Assembly (NCBI RefSeq): GCF_006345805.1
Contig: NW_021825687.1
Coordinates: 1 to 14,808 of the forward strand
DNA: 14,808 bases
Reading direction: 5' to 3'
From: Octopus sinensis
Lineage: Eukaryota
A program made the translations under genes and the position numbers. The stretch's first letter is position 1; each line of letters opens with the position of its first letter. The notes beneath the pieces are model-generated. The model did no database searches and was not told where the DNA came from. It worked only from the letters and a program-made list of their open reading frames with translations. Below, in pieces: positions 8,345 through 14,808 of this stretch.

Positions 8345-8461
8345 AAATTGAGCGGGCATGTATGAAGTGAATGCCTAAAGATGACAGTCATTTATAGACG
8401 TTGTTTTCGTTGAAAAAAATTTGTTGTAAAAAAGCCAGAATAATTAAACACCAACCTTATA
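8339..8461 (-). mobile_element. mariner terminus with TIR and TA (family A, probably left end on minus strand)
   Basis: Revcomp reads TA-taaggttggtgtttaattattctggctttt, sharing aggttggtg with the Hsmar1-type TIR; inner sequence differs from 7301-7372. Confidence 0.6.
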
Positions 8462-8504
8462 TATACATCTGTGTGTGACAGATATCGGGAGAGAGAGAGA
8501 GAGA

Positions 8505-9045
8505 ATTTCTTTATTCACCATAAAATTGAGAAAAAGAGGGGACGATACGAGGACAGACAAAACAAACATTGGGGGTCAGGGTATCGAATGAGTCGAAACG
8601 TATGAATAAACAAACAATTAAAATACATACAATTAAATGAGAATGAGTGGTTTACACAAAATGAAGCAGAGGGCGCGGTTGACCCCACAAAAAAACATAC
8701 TCACACTGAAGACTTTGCTTTCTCCTTTTTTATATTCTCGTTTTTAAACAGGGTCTTTCACTCGCAACATACTTGCTATAGACTTCCATCTTTTACGAAA
8801 CACGTTTGCAAACAGGCGTTTCTTCCAGCCTTATTTTCCGTTTCATGTAAGAAAACGAAAAAGTCGATTAGCTCGCGAATGGAGATAAAACATGTCTGTT
8901 GCAATTCCTTTCACTCTCGTCTTCCTACTACCTCTTTCGCCACAGCAACTACCGAGAGCAAACAGGCTCGCTCCTCCCTATTCAGGGAGGTCGGCAGAAC
9001 GATCTTGATTACAGATTCGCTCGACAGTTGTACTCTTCAGATATT
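8505..9045 (-). mobile_element. 5'-truncated Tx1/L1-clade LINE 3' end embedded in (TC)n
   Basis: Minus: RVQLSSESVIKIVLPTSLNREERACLLSVVAVAKEVV/KTRVKG..KRKIRLE..KRWKSIASMLRVKDPV* (frameshifted; AK..(W)..R motif of L1/Tx1 C-termini), AATAAA at 8515-8510, then (TC)n; (GA)n on both sides. Confidence 0.75.
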
Positions 9046-9087
<42 letters not shown>

Positions 9088-9122
9088 CAGAGACAGAGAG
9101 AGAGAGAGAGAGTCAGACAGAG
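9046..9122. repeat. (GA)n microsatellite (partner tract 8489-8504)
   Basis: Direct reading. Confidence 0.95.
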
Positions 9123-9275
9123 ATTGATAAATTGAATATGACTTACGTTAAAATATTCTCCGTTGATTATTTCCTCTTACACGAAAGCTCAGAATGTCGG
9201 ATTATCCAGTATGCTTTGTTACGTCTCTGCCTTTCACTCACTCCTACCACCTTTGTTATTTTATTTTCATTCTAG

Positions 9276-9314
9276 TAAAATTAGTCCACCCTTTGTCAAA
9301 ATAAATGTTGTAAG
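9276..9314 (+). CDS. Candidate 39-nt symmetric microexon of an unknown host gene (KISPPFVKINVV)
   Basis: ~65 nt AG-free pyrimidine-rich tract ending ttttcattctag; donor AAG|GTGAGA; one open frame, phase 2-2. No homology recognised. Confidence 0.25.
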
Positions 9315-9502
9315 GTGAGATATTTGAGAACCAGCTACAATGGCTGCTTCTGAATAACACGAAAATATAGGCCAAATTATTTAGAAACGTCTGACCTAAT
9401 TTACAGTGTTTTGGTTTAAAATACTTTCATTGCAGGTATTGGATTATATTTACAAATATTGGGTTGTCCGGAAAATTCGTGCAGATTTTTAAAGGAAAGA
9501 AA

Positions 9503-9922
9503 AAGGTCAATAAATACATGCCATTAGATTTTTAATCAACCAAATATAAACCATCTTGTTGCACAATGCGTCTCCATCTTTCCTTTAACTTGAAAATACC
9601 CTCTTCCCAGAATTGAGGTGATTTCATGGCAAAGAATTCATCAAGGTCAATAAATACATGCCATTACATTTTTAATCAACCAAATATGAACCATTTTATT
9701 GCACAATGCGTCTCCATCTTTCCGTTAAAATGAAAATATCCTCTTCCCAGAATTGAAGCAGTTTCATGGCGAAGAATTCATCAAGGTCAATAAATACTTG
9801 CCATTATATTTTTAATCAACCAAATATGAACCCTTTTCTTGCACAATGCGTCTCCATCTTTCCTTTAACTTGAAAATACCCTCTTCCCAGAATTGTGGTG
9901 GTTTCATGGCAAAGAATTTATC
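9503..9922. repeat. Three tandem copies of a 140 bp segment inside the mariner
   Basis: aaggt-caataaatac at 9503, 9643, 9783; native aaggt-atc at 9923. Confidence 0.95.
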
Positions 9923-10059
9923 AAGGTATCTTTTTATGTCATCCAAAGAATTGAAATTTTAACCATTAAGACTATTCTGCAGAGATCTAAATAAGTGGAG
10001 CAATTTTTGTCTAGTTCCCAAAACATCAAGTGCCGAAAATGAACTTTCTTATCTTCCAT
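9812..10059 (-). pseudogene. mariner transposase remnant (N- and C-termini only)
   Basis: MEDKKVHFRHLMFWELDKN // HLFRSLQNSLNG*NFNSLDDIKRYLDKFFAMKPPQFWEEGIFKLKERWRRIVQEKGSYLVD*; HTH and DD34D core deleted at ~10000, out of frame. Confidence 0.92.
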
Positions 10060-10250
10060 TTTAAAGGGTTACAGAATTAACACAGGTTATATGAACATAA
10101 ACCTTCTTCCACGAAAATATAGCTTAAACTGTGCTCTAAGTGGAGGTGGAATCAAATCCTATTTTATGGACTCAACCATGTTCTAAAATAAGTTGAAAGA
10201 TAAGCTACTATAAATCGGCACGAACTTTCCGAACAACCCTATACAAATAA

Positions 10251-10401
10251 GTCTGCGTGACTGTGGTAAAAAGTTTCAGTCGCAACCACATGGTTGCTGG
10301 TTCAGTCACACTGGAAGGTACCTTGGCCAAGGGACGCCTGCTGCAGGGAGTTCAGAGAATCATGACTTGAATTGGTAGATAGAAACTAACTGAGGCTCGT
10401 C
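10251..10401 (+). mobile_element. Decayed tRNA/CORE-type SINE 5' half
   Basis: tgtggtaa..caaccacatggtt..ggttcagtc..accttggccaag..ttggtaga..gaaact..cgtcgt. Confidence 0.7.
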
Positions 10402-10572
10402 GTGTGTGGTAAGTAGCTTGCTTATCAACCACATTGTTCCAGGTTCAGTCCCAATGCCTGGCACCTTGAGCAAGTGTCTTCTATTATAGACTCAGGTCGG
10501 CCAAAGCCATGTGAATGGATTTGGTAGACGGAAACTGAAAGAAGCCCGTCGAATATATATATACATATATAT
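10402..10572 (+). mobile_element. tRNA/CORE-type SINE 5' half with (TA)n
   Basis: Aligns with 5083-5240 and 10588-10740. Confidence 0.88.
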
Positions 10573-10573
10573 A

Positions 10574-10740
10574 GGCGTAGGAGTGGCTGTATGGTAAGTA
10601 ACTTGCTTACCAACCACATGGTTGCGGGTTCAGTCCCACTGCGTGGCACCTTGAGCAAGTGTCTTCTACTATAGCCTCGAGTCGACCAAAGCCTTGCGAG
10701 TGGATTTGGTAGACAGAAACTGAAAGAAGCCCGTCGTATA
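10574..10740 (+). mobile_element. tRNA/CORE-type SINE 5' half, intact head
   Basis: ggcgtaggagtggctgtatgg (A box), gggttcagtccc (B box), ccttgagcaagtgtcttc. Confidence 0.9.
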
Positions 10741-10744
10741 TCCA

Positions 10745-10753
10745 TCTATCATA

Positions 10754-10785
<32 letters not shown>

Positions 10786-10851
10786 TCTATCTATCTATCT
10801 ATCTATCTATATCTATCTATCTATCATCTATCTATCTATCTGCTGTCATCT

Positions 10852-10888
<37 letters not shown>

Positions 10889-10940
10889 TCTATCTATCTA
10901 TCTATCATTTTATCTATCTATCTATCTATCTACTATCTCT
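10745..10940. repeat. (CTAT)n / GATA microsatellite
   Basis: Direct reading. Confidence 0.95.
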
Positions 10941-11253
10941 GTTATGGACGTGCTGTATTTCGACTCCGAAGGTAATCGTTTATTTTGACTATTTTATAGC
11001 CCAAAGTTTGGTGTACATTTTTGTAAATAAGTGGTTGTAAGGCACCCAACTTCGTTTGAGGCTTTTCCAAGGAGGAATTCGCCCCTAGGGGCAGTTTCAA
11101 CCCTATTAATTTTTGTAATTTCTTTCTAGACATTTTCAAATGTCAAGAAATTGTACGTAGTAGAACGATGGTCGCGTCCTTTATCGACCAGCTTCTCTAG
11201 ACTGGAAACGCTAGGAGAAAAAAAAAGAATTTTGCGCGCAAAGTAAAATATCA

Positions 11254-13340
11254 ATGATTGCAATGAACGCTACAACTACGTGTAGTAACAGCCCTGTCAC
11301 CAACACCGCCACTTGCAAGAAAAAACCATAGAGACTATAACGTTACCACCACGCCTTCACCACCACCACCACCCACCGCCGCACCTCTCCACTACCTCAA
11401 CTACCAACAGCAACAACAATAAACAATGACAAACAAAAAGTTAAAATTGCGCCACCATTTCGACATCTGCTGCTCGGCTGTCTTTTCTGCCACTGACACC
11501 ACCACCAACAACAAAAAACAACCAATAACAACACCAACAATTCCGTTCAGACCGTTTTACTCCAACAACAAGAATGCAGTGAATAAACAAAAAACTGTAA
11601 ACACCAAACAAATTGACAAAGCTGCTCGAATACAGGGAAATTATGATGAAAATAATTTCCACCCCTTCCTACTCGCACAATCGAACCAAACACACCAATT
11701 TTACACCACTGCAGCCAACAACAACATCACCACCAGCAACAACAATAACAAAACAACAACAAATTTCGCTGAGGCGATTAAAGAAAAAAAAAAACAAACA
11801 GTATAATTTACGCTCAACAAATACAAAACACGAACATTACATAACAGAATTAGATGGTATAGTGAAGATAAACATACCAGAAGAAATATTAGAAGATGAA
11901 AAAAAAAAAACAATATTTATAAAATAATTAATAAGAAAACAAAAAGCCCAGAGAAGGCTAACACAAGCAAAATAGAAAAAGCTGAAACCCATCTGGAACT
12001 ACAAAGACTATGTGACCTGGTGGAACAAGTTCGCACACATAAAAGTGGTTTTCCACACTGAAGAGTTAGCAAGACGTTTCTCAACGCTAACTCTTCATTC
12101 AGATGAACTTACATTAACACTAAGCTATCGGGACAGAAAGTGACTAAGATCACTTTAAACAACTGTCCAAAAATAGCTAATAATCTGTGGCGTAAAGGCC
12201 CTTATGTGTAAAAATGACAATTTCACTATTTTGGAAACCACGGTCACGGAGCACAAAAAACTGGGGTGGGAAAAAAGTAGAATTTCTACTACACATAAAT
12301 CAAGAAGACATAAAAAAAATACCCACCCAGATATGTTGTATCAGAAGGACCACAAGTTGTATGTGGTCGTCGATGGCAGAAGACCATGTTGCTACATATG
12401 CGGCAGTGAGCAACACCTAAAAAAAGACTGCAAATCTGCCGCAAGAAAACAACAGCAACAACAACAGCAGCCGGAAAAAAAACAAAATAAACCAGGTTTA
12501 CTACCACACGACGTTTTGCACGAACAAACCTCACCAACCAAACAAACCACACCAACTGCAGCACCAAGAACAGAAAGCAAACATCACCAACAACAACAAC
12601 CAGAATAAACCAACTCCCAAACAAGGACATCTGTCAAAAAGACACTCAGTGAAAATGAAGAGAAAGAAGAACATTACAACTCCAAATCCCCACAAAATCG
12701 AGACCCCAAACAAAACACAACAATACCTACATCACTCAAACACAAAATACCCACACCACACCTCCAAACCGCATAAACCACAACCAAACGCTCACCAACC
12801 AACACCAACAACAAAATCAACACAGTCTACAATAGACCCCAATATTTTCCCTCTCCAAGCTCTGATTTCTCGATTGTCATTAGACGAAGAAGACACGGAA
12901 GATTGGCAAATAGCCACAGGGGGGAGAAGAAAAAGGGGAAAAAAGAAAAGAAAAAAATAACAAACAAAGCAGGAAGATACACCACTCCCGAAACAAAAAC
13001 ATCCACAGAAAACAAAACACATCAACACAGACACACCATCATCAAACCCCCCAACAATGTTGACAGCCATAAACACAACAACCACGACCTAATGGAACCA
13101 CATTAGGTCAAACACCAACATAACTGAAAACGACATAAAAACAAGTAACCACCCACGCACAACACCACCACAAAACACATTAAAATAATACACGCAACAC
13201 AGAACAATACAGCACCCTGAAATCTCTTACAATGATGCCAGTAAGGAGATTTCAAAAGTATTCATAAAAAAAAAACTGTACAAAAGCCTCATAGAAGAAG
13301 ACCGTGAGGTGAAAGACAAAGGACTTCGAACAACAAGTAA
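11254..13340 (+). pseudogene. LINE ORF1 (gag-like nucleic-acid-binding protein), multiply frameshifted; ends approximate
   Basis: Fragments TNFAEAIKEKKK, KLYVVVDGRRPCCYICGSEQHLKKDCK (CX2CX4HX4C at 12390-12431), EDWQIATGGRRKRGKKKRKK; T/N/Q/P/H-rich flanks. Confidence 0.8.
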
Positions 13341-13403
13341 CCTTTTCTCCTCTCTTTCCTTTTTTGCACTTTCTTTCGTGTGTAAACACAATTTTATCGG
13401 AAC

Positions 13404-14808
13404 ATGCTCAGAATAGGCAGTATAAATGTACGTGGCTTGGGGTCGCCTTGGAAACAAGGCTACTGTTAAATGACATCAAGTCACTAAATCTGAATATCAT
13501 AGCCATCAGTGAGACCAGACTCTCCACAGCTTGCGGGCACTCCAGCACATTTTCGGTACACATTTCAACATTTATTTTTCTCCGTGTCTTTCATGGGAAC
13601 GTCTCGTCTTTACTTTTAGTGGGGGATTGGAATGCCACCTGGACACGCATCTAGACTACGTGGCAGAGATAGCATAGAAGGGGATGCAAATGCCTCAAAG
13701 ACCTGCTCAGACGTTTCCAAACTGTCTGACAGGTACGACTGGACCACCGAATGTGCCATGTGGACATGAAGTAACGCATCGGGTCGTCCAGATCATACTT
13801 AGATAGAGTAGTTATTAGGACAATAGATAAAAATAGTGTAGGTTGTCCACAATTTCATATAGTCAGTACACAGATCACAGTTTGTGACTTGTACACTTGA
13901 CTTAGATAAGACACATAGGCAGGGTCCTGGTTACTGGAAACTGAACGCGTCTTTTACAGCACGACAGGTTTACAGGGACAGGATCAGCCACATTAGTTAA
14001 GAGAGCTTGACGGTTCCATCATCAACAACAGATGGTGGTATGCCCTAAAAAAAGCAAATTAAAGCAGAATCAGTCAGATACAGTAGAGCCCAAGCTTAGA
14101 CCGAAATAGAATAGAGAGAGAATAGTTAAGGTTTTAGAAGAGGCACTTAGAATGGCATCGCGTCCAACGTGCTGGCGGCGAGATTGGCCCTAGACCAACA
14201 CCTCAACGCCAAACACGAGGGATGCGTGTCAGAGCTAGGATGCGTGCTCTGAGGAACGAAGGAGTTGGAGCCGCCAAGAGGCCCGAGTGGTGGAGACGCA
14301 ACGAGGCAACAGAGCCACCATCAAGTCTCTTATAGATGAACAGGGGCGCGAATTGCTCGAGCTAAAAGGATTGTTGTGGGGCTTTTCAACACACTTCACC
14401 CAACTGTTTGGGACAAGTGGTGAGTCAGAACGCAAGAGTGGACTTTAGTGCCTACCTGCATGCCTTGCCACGACTCTCAGCAAGAGAGGTGGAGTCTTGT
14501 GAAAGGCCTTATCACAGCTGCGGACGTACAGGATGCGATGGTAGGATGCGCGAGAGACAAGTCACCAGGCTTGGATGGTTGCCCTACGAACTTTATTTCA
14601 TTATGCCAGACTTGGTCTACGCAAATGGCAGCAAAAAAGGAGTATTCCTGCTTTGTAAAGCGAGGAGGAGCAGTGGCACTGATTAAGAAAGACCCAAACA
14701 AGGGGGACGTCATGATAATTTCAGGCCCATAACTTGCTCAACGCAGATTTGAAAATTTTGGCCAAGGTGAGTAGCCGAGAGGTTGGAGCTTGTCATCAAG
14801 AAACTAAT
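13404..14808 (+). pseudogene. LINE ORF2: APE endonuclease and start of reverse transcriptase, disrupted
   Basis: MLRIGSINVRGL, IIAISETR, LVGDWNA, SYLDRV, TDH, GPGYWKLNAS, KSPGLDG, NFRPI..LLNADLKILAKV across shifting frames; internal deletion near 13584. Confidence 0.93.

Larger units (their letters stand above)
9459..10241 (-). mobile_element. mariner (family B) internal-deletion derivative with both 30 bp TIRs and TA target duplication
   Basis: TIR ttgggttgtccggaaaattcgtgcagattt (9459-9488) vs revcomp of 10212-10241, 26/30 identical; TA at 9457-58 and 10242-43. Confidence 0.93.
10941..14808 (+). mobile_element. Tx1/L1-clade LINE, 5' portion (5' UTR, ORF1, ORF2 start); continues past window; 5' boundary approximate
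   Basis: ORF1-ORF2 arrangement, A/C-rich sense strand, CCHC knuckle, APE and RT motifs. Confidence 0.9.

Noticed and set aside
8879-9135. Plus-strand ORFs ending in RE repeats
   Set aside because: Antisense of the Tx1 remnant plus (GA)n
9420-9441. ctttcattgcag|gtattg as a recursive splice site
   Set aside because: Weak donor, short pyrimidine tract, and the mariner begins ~20 bp later; unsupported without RNA data
11441-13457. Minus-strand V/F/L/C-rich ORFs
   Set aside because: Shadow frames of the A/C-rich LINE sense strand

Overview
Eukaryotic, AT-rich, almost entirely repeat-derived DNA with no intact protein-coding gene. The SINE/LINE families look like those of octopod cephalopods (recognised by eye, not database-verified). 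Contents in order: (1) a minus-strand tRNA-headed element whose (TAA)n tract has been filled by a Meta-domain SINE and three copies of a ~555 bp non-coding element, with a hammerhead-ribozyme-like motif and a 93 bp palindrome on its far side; (2) several tRNA/CORE-type SINEs; (3) scrambled 3' ends of RTE-clade LINEs whose 3' UTRs carry arrays of a compact pseudoknot-compatible motif; (4) two mariner families, one as a TIR-complete deletion derivative; (5) a Tx1/L1-clade 3' end sitting in a (TC)n microsatellite; (6) the 5' ~3.9 kb of a decayed Tx1/L1-clade LINE (ORF1 with CCHC knuckle, ORF2 APE endonuclease and start of RT) running off the right edge. Most ORFs in the track are microsatellite artefacts. 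Best leads: the hammerhead-like motif downstream of a Pol III head, the (TAA)n-flanked 555 bp element, the RTE 3' UTR pseudoknot array, and a candidate 39-nt microexon in the only long non-repetitive stretch. None of these is proven from sequence alone.
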